DNA of 64,000 nt, from NCBI RefSeq assembly GCF_963921235.1, contig NC_086101.1, positions 2,234,001-2,298,000 of the forward strand, given 5' to 3'. The translations under genes were made by a program, and so were the position numbers. Below, one piece after another: positions 8,835 through 23,800 of the stretch; position 1 is the first letter of the stretch, and every line of letters starts with the position of its first letter. Below the pieces are notes generated by a model that did no database searches, was not told the DNA's origin, and saw only the letters and a list, made by a program, of their open reading frames with translations. The DNA is from Mobula hypostoma (Eukaryota).

Positions 8835-11800
8835 GGGGAGCCAACACTCTGGGGACCGAACACACAGAGGACTGAACACACAGGGGCCCGAACCCTCTGG
8901 GGACGGAACACACGGGGGACCGAACCCTCTGGGGACCGAACACACAGGGGCCCGAACCCTCTGGGGACCGAACACACAGGGGACCGAACACACGGGGAAT
9001 GGAACACACAGGGGACCGAACCCTCTGGGGACCGAACACACAGGGGCCCGAACCCTCTGGGGACCGAACACACGGGGGACCAAACCCTCTGGGACCCGAA
9101 CACACAGGGGCCCGAATCCTCTGGGGATGGAATACACAGGGGACCGAACCCTCTGGGGACTGAACACACAGAGGACTGAACACACAGGGGACCGAACACA
9201 TGGGAGCCCGAACCTTCTGGGGACCGAACACACAGGGGCCCGAACTCTCTGGGGACCGAACACACAGGGGCCTGAACCCACTGGGGACCGAACACATGGG
9301 GGACCGAACCCTCTGGGGACGGAACATACAGTGGCCCGAACTCTCTGGGGACGGACCACACGGGGGACCGAACCCTCTGGGGACGGAACACACAGGGGAC
9401 CGAACCCTCTGGGGACCAAACTCTCTGGGTCCGAACACATGGGGGCCCGAACCCTCTGGGGACGGAACACACGGGGGACTGAACACACGAGGGATGGAAC
9501 ACACAGGGGACCGAACCCTCTGGGGACCGAACACACAGGGGCCCGAACCCTCTGGGGACCGAACACACGGGGGACCCGAACCCTCTGGGACCCGAACACA
9601 CGGGGGCCCGAACCCTCTGGGGACAGAACACACAGGGGCCCAAACTCTCTGGGGACCGAACACACAGGAGCCCGAACCCTCTGGGGACCGAACACACGGG
9701 GGACCGAACCCTCTGGGCACGGAACACACAGTGGCCTGAACTCTCTGGGGACGGACCACGCGGGGGACCGAACACACGGGGGACCGAACACACAGGGGAC
9801 CGAACACACGGTGGCCTGAACCCTCTGGGGATGGAACACACGGGGGACCGAACTCTCTGGGGACGGAACACACATGGGACCGAACCCTCTGGGGACCGAA
9901 CACACAGGGGCCTGAAACCTCTGGGGACGGAACACACGGGGGACTGAACCCTCTGGGGACGGAACACACGGGGGACTGAACCCTCTGGGGACGGAACACA
10001 CGGGGGACCGAACCCTCTGGGGACAGAACACACGGGGGACCGAACCCTCTGGAGACGGAACACACAGGGGACCGAACCCTCTGGGGACCGAACACACAGG
10101 GGCCTGAACCCTCTGGGGACCGAACACACAGGGGACCGAACACACGGGGAATGGAACACACAGGGGACCGAACCCTCTGGGGACCGAACACACAGGGGCC
10201 CGAACCATCTGGGGACTGAACACATGGGGGACCAAACCCTCTGGGACCCGAACACACAGGGGCCCGAACCCTCTGGGGATGGAACACACAGGGGACCGAA
10301 CCGTCTGGGGACTGAACACACAGAGGACTGAACACACAGGGGACCGAACACATGGGAGCCCGAACCTTCTGGGGACCGAACACACAGGGGCCCGAACTCT
10401 CTGAGGACCGAACACATGGGGGACCGAACCCTCTGGGGACGGAACATACAGTGGCCCGAACTCTCTGGGGACGGACCACGCGGGAGACCGAACACACAGG
10501 GGACCGAACACACAGGGGACCGAACACATGGGGATCCGAACACTCTGGGGATGGAACACACGGGGGACCAAACCCTCTGGGGATGGAACACACAAGGGAC
10601 CGAACCCTCTGGGGACAGAACACACGGGGGACTGAACACACGAGGGATGGAACACACAGGGGACCGAACCCTCTGGGGACCGAACACACAGGGGCCCGAA
10701 CCCTCTGGGGACCGAACACACGGGGGACCCGAACCCTCTGGGACCCGAACACACAGGGGCCCGAACCCTCTGGGGACCGAACACACGGGGGACCGAACCC
10801 TCTGGGCACGGAACACACAGTGGCCTGAACTCTCTGGGGACGGACCACGCGGGGGACCGAACACACGGGGGACCGAACACACAGGGGACCGAACACACGG
10901 TGGCCTGAACCCTCTGGGGATGGAACACACGGGGGACCGAACTCTCTGGGGACGGAACACACATGGGACCGAACCCTCTGGGGACCGAACACACAGGGGC
11001 CTGAAACCTCTGGGGACGGAACACACGGGGGACTGAACCCTCTGGGGACGGAACACACGGGGGACTGAACCCTCTGGGGACGGAACACATGGGGGACCGA
11101 ACCCTCTGGGGACAGAACACACGGGGGACCGAACCCTCTGGAGACGGAACACACAGGGGACCGAACCCTCTGGGGACCGAACACACAGGGGCCTGAACCC
11201 TCTGGGGACCGAACACACAGGGGACCGAACACACGGGGAATGGAACACACAGGGGACCGAACCCTCTGGGGACCGAACACACAGGGGCCCGAACCATCTG
11301 GGGACTGAACACATGGGGGACCAAACCCTCTGGGACCCGAACACACAGGGGCCCGAACCCTCTGGGGATGGAACACACAGGGGACCGAACCGTCTGGGGA
11401 CTGAACACACAGAGGACTGAACACACAGGGGACCGAACACATGGGAGCCCGAACCTTCTGGGGACCGAACACACAGGGGCCCGAACTCTCTGAGGACCGA
11501 ACACATGGGGGACCGAACCCTCTGGGGACGGAACATACAGTGGCCCGAACTCTCTGGGGACGGACCACGCGGGAGACCGAACACACAGGGGACCGAACAC
11601 ACAGGGGACCGAACACATGGGGATCCGAACACTCTGGGGATGGAACACACGGGGGACCAAACCCTCTGGGGATGGAACACACAAGGGACCGAACCCTCTG
11701 GGGACAGAACACACGGGGGACTGAACACACGAGGGATGGAACACACAGGGGACCGAACCCTCTGGGGACCGAACACACAGGGGCCCGAACCCTCTGGGGA

Positions 11801-14800
11801 CCGAACACACGGGGGACCCGAACCCTCTGGGACCCGAACACACGGGGGCCCGAACCCTCTGGGGACAGAACACACAGGGGCTCAAACTCTCTGGGGACCG
11901 AACACACAGGAGCCCGAACCCTCTGGGGACCGAACACACGGGGGACCGAACCCTCTGGGCACGGAACACACAGTGGCCTGAACTCTCTGGGGACGGACCA
12001 CGCGGGGGACCGAACACACGGGGGACCGAACACACAGGGGACCGAACACACGGTGGCCTGAACCCTCTGGGGATGGAACACACGGGGGACCGAACTCTCT
12101 GGGGACGGAACACACATGGGACCGAACCCTCTGGGGACCGAACACACAGGGGCCTGAACCCTCTGGGGACGGAACACACGGGGGACTGAACCCTCTGGGG
12201 ACGTAACACACGGGGGACTGAACCCTCTGGGGATGGAACACACGGGGGACCGAACCCTCTGGGGACAGAACACACGGGGGACCGAACCCTCTGGAGACGG
12301 AACACACAGGGGACCGAACCCTCTGGGGACCGAACACACAGGGGCCAGAACCCTCTGGGGACCGAACACACAGGGGACCGAACACACGGGGAATGGAACA
12401 CACAGGGGACCGAATCCTCTGGGGACCGAACACACAGGGGCCCGAACCATCTGGGGACCGAACACATGGGGGACCAAACCCTCTGGGACCCGAACACACA
12501 GGGGCCCGAACCCTCTGGGGATGGAACACACAGGGGACCGAACCGTCTGGGGACTGAACACACGGGGACCGAACCCTCTGGGGACGGAACACACGGGGGA
12601 CCGAACCCTCTGGGGACGACCGAACACACGGGGGCCCGAACCCTCTGGGGACCGAACACACAGGGCCGAACCCTCTGGGGACCGACACACAGGGGACTGA
12701 ACCCTCGGGACCGAACCCTCGGGGACGAACCCTCTGGGGACACAGGGGCGAACCCTCTGGGGACGGAACACACAGGGGACCGAACCCTCTGGGGACTGAA
12801 CACACAGGGGACCGAACCCTCTGGGGACCGAACACATGGGAGCCCGAACCTTCTGGGGACCGAACACACAGGGGCCCGAACTCTCTGAGGACCGAACACA
12901 TGGGGGACCGAACCCTCTGGGGACGGAACATACAGTGGCCCGAACTCTCTGGGGACGGACCACGCGGGAGACCGAACACACGGGGGACCGAACACACAGG
13001 GGACCGAACACATGGGGATCCGAACACTCTGGGGATGGAACACACGGGGGACCAAACCCTCTGGGGATGGAACACACAAGGGACCGAACCCTCTGGGGAC
13101 CAAACTCTCTGGGGACCGAACACATGGGGGCCCGAACCCTCTGGGGACAGAACACACGGGGGACTGAACACACGAGGGATGGAACACACAGGGGACCGAA
13201 CCCTCTGGGGACCGAACACACAGGGGCCCGAACCCTCTGGGGACCGAACACACGGGGGACCCGAACCCTCTGGGACCCGAACACACGGGGGCCCGAACCC
13301 TCTGGGGACGGAACACACAGGGGCCCAAACTCTCTGGGGACCGAACACACAGGGGCCCGAACCCTCTGGGGACCGAACACACGGGGGACCGAACCCTCTG
13401 GGCACGGAACACACAGTGGCCCGAACTCTCTGGGGACGGACCACGCGGGGGACCGAACACATGCGGGACCGAACACACAGGGGACTGAACACACGGGGGC
13501 CTGAACCCTCTGGGGATGGAACACACGGGGGACCAAACTCTCTGGGGACGGAACACACGGGGAACCGAACCCTCTGGGGACGGAACACACGGAGGAACGA
13601 ACCCTCTGGGGACGGAACACACATGGGACCGAACCCTCTGGGGATCGAACACACAGGGGCCTGAACCCTCTGGGGACAGAACACACAGGGGACCGAACAC
13701 TCTGGGGACCGAACACACAGGGGCCCGAACCCTCTGGGGACGGAACACACGGGGGACTGAACCCTCTGGGGACGGAACACACGGGGGACCGAACCCTCTG
13801 GGGACAGAACACACGAGGGACCGAACCCTCTGGGGACAGAACACACAGGGGACCGAACCCTCTGGGGACCGAACACACAGGGGCCCGAACCCTCTGGGCA
13901 CGGAACACACATGGGACCGAACCCTCTGGGGACCGAACACACAGGGGCCTGAACCCTCTGGGGATGGAACACACAGGGGACCGAACCCTCTGGGGACTGA
14001 ACACACAGAGGACTGAACACACAGGGGACCGAACACATGGGAGCCCGAACCTTCTGGGGACCGAACACACAGGGGCCCGAACTCTCTGAGGACCGAACAC
14101 ATGGGGGACCGAACCCTCTGGGGACGGAACATACAGTGGCCCGAACTCTCTGGGGACGGACCACGCGGGAGACCGAACACACGGGGGACCGAACACACAG
14201 GGGACCGAACCCTCTGGGCACCGAACACACAGGGGACCGAACCCTCTGGGCACGGAACACACATGGGACCGAACCCTCTGGGGACCGAACACACAGGGGC
14301 CTGAACCCTCTGGGGACGGAACACACGGGGGACCGAACCCTCTGGGGACAGAACACACGGGGGACCGAACCCTCTGGGGACGGAACACACAGGGGACCGA
14401 ACCCTCTGGGGACCGAACACACAGGGGCCCGAACACACAGGGGACTGAACACACGGGGAATGGAACACACAGGGGCCCGAACTCTCTGGGGACCGAACAC
14501 ACAGGGGCCTGAACCCTCTGAGGACCGAACACATGGGGGACCGAACCCTCTGGGGACGGAACATACAGTGGCCCGAACTCTCTGGGGACGGACCACGCGG
14601 GGGACCGAACACACGGGGGACCGAACACACAGGGGACCGAACACATGGGGGCCCGAACACTCTGGGGATGGAACACACGGGGGACCGAACCCTCTAGGGA
14701 CGGAACACACAGGGGACCGAACCCTCTGGGGACTGAACACACAGAGGACTGAACACACAGGGGACAGAACACATGGGAGCCCGAACCTTCTGGGGACCGA

Positions 14801-17800
14801 ACACACAGGGGCCCGAACTCTCTGGGGACCGAACACACAGGGGCCTGAACCCTCTGAGGACCGAACACATGGGGGACCGAACCCTCTGGGGACGGAACAT
14901 ACAGTGGCCCGAACTCTCTGGGGACGGACCACGCGGGGGACCGAACACACGGGGGACCGAACACATGGGGGCCCGAACACTCTGGGGATGGAACACACGG
15001 GGGACCGAACACTCTGGGGACCGAACACATGGGGGACCGAACACTCTGGGGATGGAACACACGGGGGACCGAACCCTCTAGGGACGGAACACACAGGGGA
15101 CCGAACCCTCTGGGGACCAAACTCTCTGGGGACCGAACACATGGGGGCCCGAACCCTCTGGGGATGGAACACACTGGGGACTGAACACACGAGGGATGGA
15201 ACACACAGGGGACCGAACCCTCTGGGGACCGAACACACAGGGGCCCGAACCCTCTGGGGACCGAACACACGGGGGACCCGAACCCTCTGGGACCCGAACA
15301 CACGGGGGCCCGAAACATCTGGGGACGGAACACACAGGGGCCCAAACCCTCTGGGGACGGACCACGCGGGGGACCGAACACATGGGGGACCGAACACACA
15401 GGGGACCGAACACATGGGGGCCTGAACCCTCTGGGGATGGAACACACGGGGGACCGAACTCTCTGGGGACGGAACACACGGGGAACCGAACCCTCTGGGG
15501 ACCGAACACATGGGGGCCCAAACCCTCTGGCGACCGAACACACAGGGGACTGAACCCTCTGGTTACCGAACCCTCTGGGGACGGAACACACGGGAGACTG
15601 AACCCTCTGGGGTCGGAACACACGGGGGACCGAATCCTCTGGGGACAGAACACACGGGGGACCGAACCCTCTGGGGACAGAACACACAGGGGCCCGAACC
15701 CTCTGGGGACCGAACACACAGGGGACCGAACACACGGGGAATGGAACACACAGGGGACCGAACCCTCTGGGGACCGAACACACAGGGGCCCGAACCCTCT
15801 GGGGACGAAACACACAGGGGACCGAACCCTCTGGGGACCAAACTCTCTGGGGACCGAACACATGGGGGCCCGAACCCTCTGGGGACGGAACACACAGGGG
15901 ACCGAACTCTCTGGGGACCGAACACACAGGGGCCCGAACCCTCTGGGGACCGAAAACACGGGGGACCGAACCCTCTGGGCACGGAACACACAGGGGCCCG
16001 AACTCTCTGGGGACGGAACACACGGGGGACCGAACACACGGGGGACCGAACACACAGGGGACCGAACACACGGGGGACCGAACCCTCTGGGGACGGAACA
16101 CACAGGGGACCGAACCCTCTGGGGACCGAACACACAGGGGACCGAACACACGGGGAATGGAACACACATGGGCCCGAACCCTCTGGGGACCGAACAGATG
16201 GGGGACCAAACCCTCTGGGACCCGAACACACGGGGGCCCGAACTCTCTGGGGACGGAACACAGAGGGGACCGAACCCTCTGGGGACTGAACACACAGAGG
16301 ACTGAACACACAGGGGACCGAACACATGGGAGCCCGAACCTTCTGGGGACTGAACACACGAGGGATGGAACACACAAGGGACCGAACCCTCTGGGGACCA
16401 AACTCTCTGGGGACCGAACACATGGGGGCCCGAACCCTCTGGGGACAGAACACACGGGGGACTGAACACACGAGGGATGGAACACACAGGGGACCGAACC
16501 CTCTGGGGACCGAACACACAGGGGCCCGAACCCTCTGGGGACCGAACACACGGGGGACCCGAACCCTCTGGGACCCGAACACACGGGGGCCCGAACCCTC
16601 TGGGGACAGAACACACAGGGGCCCAAACACTCTGGGGACCGAACACACAGGAGCCCGAACCCTCTGGGGACCGAACACACGGGGGACCGAACCCTCTGGG
16701 CACGGAACACACAGTGGCCTGAACTCTCTGGGGACGGACCACGCGGGGGACCGAACACACGGGGGACCGAACACACAGGGGACCGAACACACGGTGGCCT
16801 GAACCCTCTGGGGATGGAACACACGGGGGACCGAACTCTCTGGGGACGGAACACACATGGGACCGAACCCTCTGGGGACCGAACACACAGGGGCCTGAAC
16901 CCTCTGGGGACGGAACACACAGGGGCCTGAACCCTCTGGGGACGGAACACACGGGGGACTGAACCCTCTGGGGACGGAACACACGGGGGACCGAACCCTC
17001 TGGGGACGGAACACACGGGGGACCGAACCCTCTGGGGACCGAACACACAGGGGCCCGAACCCTCGCTGGGGACCGAACACACAGGGGCCCGAACCCTCTG
17101 GGGACCGAACACACGAAGGGGACCGAACCCTCTGGAGACGGAACACACAGGGGACCGAACCCTCTGGGGACCGAACACACAGGGGACCGAACACACGGGG
17201 AATGGAACACACAGGGGACCGAACCCTCTGGGGACCGAACACACAGGGGCCCGAACCATCTGGGGACCGAACACATGGGGGACCGAACCCTCTGGAGACG
17301 GAACACACAGGGGCCAGAACCCTCTGGGGACCGAACACACAGGGGACCGAACACACGGGGAATGGAACACACAGGGGACCGAACCCTCTGGGGACCGAAC
17401 ACACAGGGGCCCGAACCCTCTGGGGACAGAACACACGGGGGACCGAACCCTCTGGAGACGGAACACACAGGGGCCAGAACCCTCTGGGGACCGAACACAC
17501 AGGGGACCGAACACACGGGGGACCGAACACACAGGGGACCGAACACACAGGGGACCGAACCCTCTGGGGACCGAACACACAGGGGCCCGAACCATCTGGG
17601 GACCGAACACATGGGGGACCAAACCCTCTGGGACCCGAACACACAGGGGCCCGAACCCTCTGGGGACGGAACACACAGGGGACCGAACCCTCTGGGGACC
17701 GAACACACAGGGGCCCGAACTCTCTGAGGACCGAACACATGGGGGACCGAACCCTCTGGGGACGGAACATACAGTGGCCCGAACTCTCTGGGGACGGACC

Positions 17801-20800
17801 ACGCGGGAGACCGAACACACGGGGGACCGAACACACAGGGGACCGAACACATGGGGATCCGAACACTCTGGGGATGGAACACACGGGGGACCAAACCCTC
17901 TGGGGATGGAACACACAAGGGACCGAACCCTCTGGGGACCAAACTCTCTGGGGACCGAACACATGGGGGCCCGAACCCTCTGGGGACAGAACACACGGGG
18001 GACTGAACACACGAGGGATGGAACACACAGGGGACCGAACCCTCTGGGGACCGAACACACAGGGGCCCGAACCCTCTGGGGACCGAACACACGGGGGACC
18101 CGAACCCTCTGGGACCCGAACACACGGGGGCCCGAACCCTCTGGGGACGGAACACACGGGGGCCCAAACTCTCTGGGGACCGAACACACAGGGGCCCGAA
18201 CCCTCTGGGGACCGAACACACGGGGGACCGAACCCTCTGGGCACGGAACACACAGTGGCCCGAACTCTCTGGGGACGGACCACGCGGGGGACCGAACACA
18301 TGCGGGACCGAACACACAGGGGACTGAACACACGGGGGCCTGAACCCTCTGGGGATGGAACACACGGGGGACCAAACTCTCTGGGGACGGAACACACGGG
18401 GAACCGAACCCTCTGGGGACGGAACACACGGAGGAACGAACTCTCTGGGGACGGAACACACATGGGACCGAACCCTCTGGGGATCGAACACACAGGGGCC
18501 TGAACCCTCTGGGGACAGAACACACAGGGGACCGAACACTCTGGGGACCGAACACACAGGGGCCCGAACCCTCTGGGGACGGAACACACGGGGGACTGAA
18601 CCCTCTGGGGACGGAACACACGGGGGACCGAACCCTCTGGGGACAGAACACACGAGGGACCGAACCCTCTGGGGACAGAACACACAGGGGACCGAACCCT
18701 CTGGGGACCGAACACACAGGGGCCCGAACCCTCTGGGCACGGAACACACAGGGGACCGAACCCTCTGGGGACCGAACACACAGGGGCCCGAACACACAGG
18801 GGACTGAACACACGGGGAATGGAACACACAGGGGACCGAACCCTCTGGGGACCGAACACACAGGGGCCGGAACTCTCTGGGGACGGACCACGCGGGGGAC
18901 CGAACACACGGGGGACCGAACACACAGGGGACCGAACACATGGGGGCCCGAACACTCTGGGGATGGAACACACGGGGGACCGAACCCTCTAGGGACGGAA
19001 CACACAGGGGACCGAACCCTCTGGGGACTGAACACACAGAGGACTGAACACACAGGGGACAGAACACATGGGAGCCTGAACCCTCTGAGGACCGAACACA
19101 TGGGGGACCGAACCCTCTGGGGACGGAACATACAGTGGCCCGAACTCTCTGGGGACGGACCACGCGGGGGACCGAACACACGGGGGACCGAACACATGGG
19201 GGCCCGAACACTCTGCGGATGGAACACACGGGGGACCGAACCCTCTAGGGACCAAACTCTCTGGGGACCGAACACATGGGGGCCCGAACCCTCTGGGGAT
19301 GGAACACACGGGGGACCGAACCCTCTGGGGATGGAACACACAGGGGACCCGAACCCTCTGGGACCCGAACACACGGGGGCCCGAACCCTCTGGGGACCGA
19401 ACACACGGGGGACCCGAACCCTCTGGGACCCGAACACACGGGGGCCCGAACCCTCTGGGGACGGAACACACAGGGGCCCAAACCCTCTGGGGACGGAACA
19501 CACAGGGGCCCGAACCCTCTGGGGACGGACCACGCGGGGGACCGAACACATGGGGGACCGAACACACAGGGGACCGAACACACGGGGGCCTGAACCCTCT
19601 GGGGATGGAACACACGGGGGACCGAACTCTCTGGGGACGGAACACACGGGGAACCGAACCCTCTGGGGACGGAACACACGGGGGACCGAACCCTCTGGGG
19701 ACGGAACACACAGGGGACCGAACCCTCTGGGGACCGAACACATGGGGGCCCGAACCCTCTGGCGACCGAACACACAGGGGACTGAACACACAGGGGCCTG
19801 AACCCTCTGGTTACCGAACCCTCTGGGGACGGAACACACGGGGGACTGAACCCTCTGGGGACGGAACACACGGGGGACCGAACCCTCTGGGGACAGAACA
19901 CACGGGGGACCGAACCCTCTGGGGACAGAACACACAGGGGACCGAACCCTCTGGGGACATAACACACAGGGGCCCGAACCCTCTGGGGACCGAACACACG
20001 GGGGACCAAACCCTCTGGGACCCGAACACACAGGGGCCCGAACCCTCTGGGGACGGAACACACAGGGGACCGAACCCTCTGGGGACTGAACACACAGAGG
20101 ACTGAACACACAGGGGACCGAACACATGGGAGCCCGAACCTTCTGGGGACCGAACACACAGGGGCCCGAACCCTCTGGGGACGGAACACACAGGGGCCCA
20201 AACTCTCTGGGGACCGAACACACAGGGGCCTGAACCCTCTGAGGACCGAACACATGGGGGACCGAACCCTCTGGGGACGGAACATACAGTGGCCCGAACT
20301 CTCTGGGGACGGACCACGCGGGGGACCGAACACACGGGGGACCGAACACACAGGGGACCGAACACGTGGGGGTCCGAACACTCTGGGGATGGAACACACG
20401 GGGGACCGAACCCTCTGGGGATGGAACACACAGGGGACCGAACTCTCTGGGGACCAAACTCTCTGGGGACCGAACACATGGGGGCCCGAACCCTCTGGGG
20501 ACGGAACACACGGGGGACTGAACACACGAGGGATGGAACACACAGGGGACCGAACCCTCTGGGGACCGAACACACAGGGGCCCGAACCCTCTGGGGACCG
20601 AACACACGGGGGACCCGAACCCTCTGGGACCCGAACACACGGGGGCCCGAACCCTCTGGGGACGGAACACACAGGGGCCCAAACTCTCTGGGGACCGAAC
20701 ACACGGGGGCCCGAACCGTCTGGGGAACGAACACACGGGGGACCGAACCCTCTGGGCACTGAACACACAGTGGCCCGAACTCTCTGGGGACGGACCACGC

Positions 20801-23800
20801 GGGGGACCGAACACACGGGGGACCGAACACTCTGGGGACCGAACACACGGGGGCCTGAACCCTCTGGGGATGGAACACACGGGGGACCGAACTCTCTGGG
20901 CACGGAACACACGGGGAACCGAACCCTCTGGGGACCGAACACATGGGGGCCCGAACCCTCTGGCGACCGAACCCTCTGGCGACGGAACACACGGGGGACT
21001 GAACCCTCTGGGGACGGAACACACGGGGGACCGAACCCTCTGGGGACAGAACACACGGAGGACCGAACCCTCTGGGGACGGAACACACAGGGGACCGAAC
21101 CCTCTGGGGACCGAACACACAGGGGACCGAACACACGGGGAATGGAACACACATGGGCCCGAACCCTCTGGGGACCGAACACACAGGGGCCCGAACCCTC
21201 TGGGATCCGAACACACAGGGGCCCGAACCCTCTGGGGAACGAACACACGGGGGACCGACCCCTCTGGGGACTGAACACACAGAGGACTGAACACACAGGG
21301 GACCGAACACATGGGAGCCCGAACCTTCTGTGGACCGAACACACAGGGGCCCGAACTCTCTGGGGACCAAACACACAGGGGCCTGAACCCTCTGGGGACC
21401 GAACACATGGGGGACCGAACCCTCTGGGGACGGAACATACAGTGGCCCGAACTCTCTGGGGACGGACCACGCGGGTGACAGAACACACGGGGGACCGAAC
21501 ACACAGGGGACCGAACACATGGGGGCCCGAACACTCTGGGGATGGAACACACGGGGGACAGAACCCTCTGGGGACCAAACTCTCTGCGGACCGAACACAT
21601 GGGGGCCCGAACCCTCTGGGGACGGGACACACAGGGGCCCAAACTTTCTGGGGACCGAACACACAGGGGCCCGAACCCTCTGGGGACCGAACACACGGGG
21701 GACCGAACCCTCTGGGCACGGAACACACAGTGGCCCGAACTCTCTGGGGACGGACCACGCGGGGGACCGAACACACAGGGGACCGAACACACAGGGGACC
21801 GAACACACGGGGGCCTGAACCCTCTGGGGACTGAACACACAGAGGACTGAACACACAGGGGACCGAACACATGGGAGCCCGAACCTTCTGGGGACAGAAC
21901 ACACAGGGGCCCAAACTCTCTGGGGACCGAACACACAGGGGCCTGAACCCTCTGAGGACCGAACACATGGGGGACCGAACCCTCTGGGGATGGAACACAC
22001 AGGGGACCGAACCCTCTGGGGACGAAACTCTCTGGGGACCGAACACATGGGGGCCCGAACCCTCTGGGGACGGAACACACGGGGGACTGAACACACGAGG
22101 GATGGAACACACAGGGGACCGAACCCTCTGGGGACCGAACACATGGGGGCCCGAACCCTCTGGCGACCGAACACACAGGGGACTGAACACACAGGGGCCT
22201 GAACCCTCTGGTTACCGAACCCTCTGGGGACGGAACACACGGGGGACTGAACCCTCTGGGGACGGAACACACGGGGGACTGAACCCTCTGGGGACGGAAC
22301 ACACGGGGGACCGAACCCTCTGGGGACAGAACACACGGGGGACCGAACCCTCTGGGGACAGAACACACAGGGGACCGAACCCTCTGGGGACCGAACACAC
22401 AGGGGCCCGAACCCTCTGGGGACCGAACACACGGGGGACCAAACCCTCTGGGACCCGAACACACAGGGGCCCGAACCCTCTGGGGACGGAACACACAGGG
22501 GACCGAACCCTCTGGGGACTGAACACACAGAGGACTGAACACACAGGGGACCGAACACATGGGAGCCCGAACCTTCTGGGGACCGAACACACAGGGGCCC
22601 GAACTCTCTGGGGACCGAACACACAGGGGCCTGAACCCTCTGAGGACCGAACACATGGGGGACCGAACCCTCTGGGGACGGAACATACAGTGGCCCGAAC
22701 TCTCTGGGGACGGACCACGCGGGGGACCGAACACACGGGGGACCGAACACACAGGGGACCGAACACATGGGGGTCCGAACACTCTGGGGATGGAACACAC
22801 GGGGGACCATACCCTCTGGGGATGGAACACACAGGGGACCGAACCCTCTGGGGACCGAACTCTCTGGGGACCGAACACACGGGGGACCGAACCCTCTGGG
22901 GACGGAACACACGGTGGACTGAACACACGAGGGATGGAACACACAGGGGCCCGAACCCTCTGGGGACCGAACACACAGGGTACCGAACCCTCTGGGGACC
23001 GAACACACAGGGGCCCGAACCCTCTGGGGACGGAACACACAGGGGCCCAAACTCTCTGGGGACCGAACACACAGGGGCCCGAACCCTCTGGGGACCGAAC
23101 ACACGGGGGACTGAACCCTCTGGGGACCGAACACATGGGGGACCGAACACACAGGGGACCGAACACACGGGGGCCTGAACCCTCTGGGGACAGAACACAC
23201 GGGGGACCGAACCCTCTGGGGACCGAACACCTGGGGGCCCGAACCCTCTGGCGACCGAACACACAGGGGACTGAACACACAGGGGCCTGAACCCTCTGGT
23301 TACCGAACCCTCTGGGGACGGAACACACGGGGGACTGAACCCTCTGGGGACGGAACACACGGGGGACCGAACCCTCTGGGGACAGAACACACGGGGGACC
23401 GAACCCTCTGGGGACAAAACACACAGGGGACCGAACCCTCTGGGGACAGAACACACAGGGGACCGAACCCTCTGGGGACCGAACACACAGGGAACCGAAC
23501 CCTCTGGGGACCGAACACACAGGGGACCGAACACACGGGGAATGGAACACACAGGGGACCGAACCCTCTGGGGACCGAACACACGGGGGACCAAACCCTC
23601 TGGGACCCGAACACACAGGGGCCCGAACCCTCTGGGGACGGAACACACAGGGGACCGAACCCTCTGGGGACTGAACACACAGAGGACTGAACACACAGGG
23701 GACCGAACACATGGGAGCCCGAACCATCTGGGGACCGAACACACAGGGGCCCGAACTCTCTGGGGACCGAACACACAGGGGCCTGAACCCTCTGGGGACC

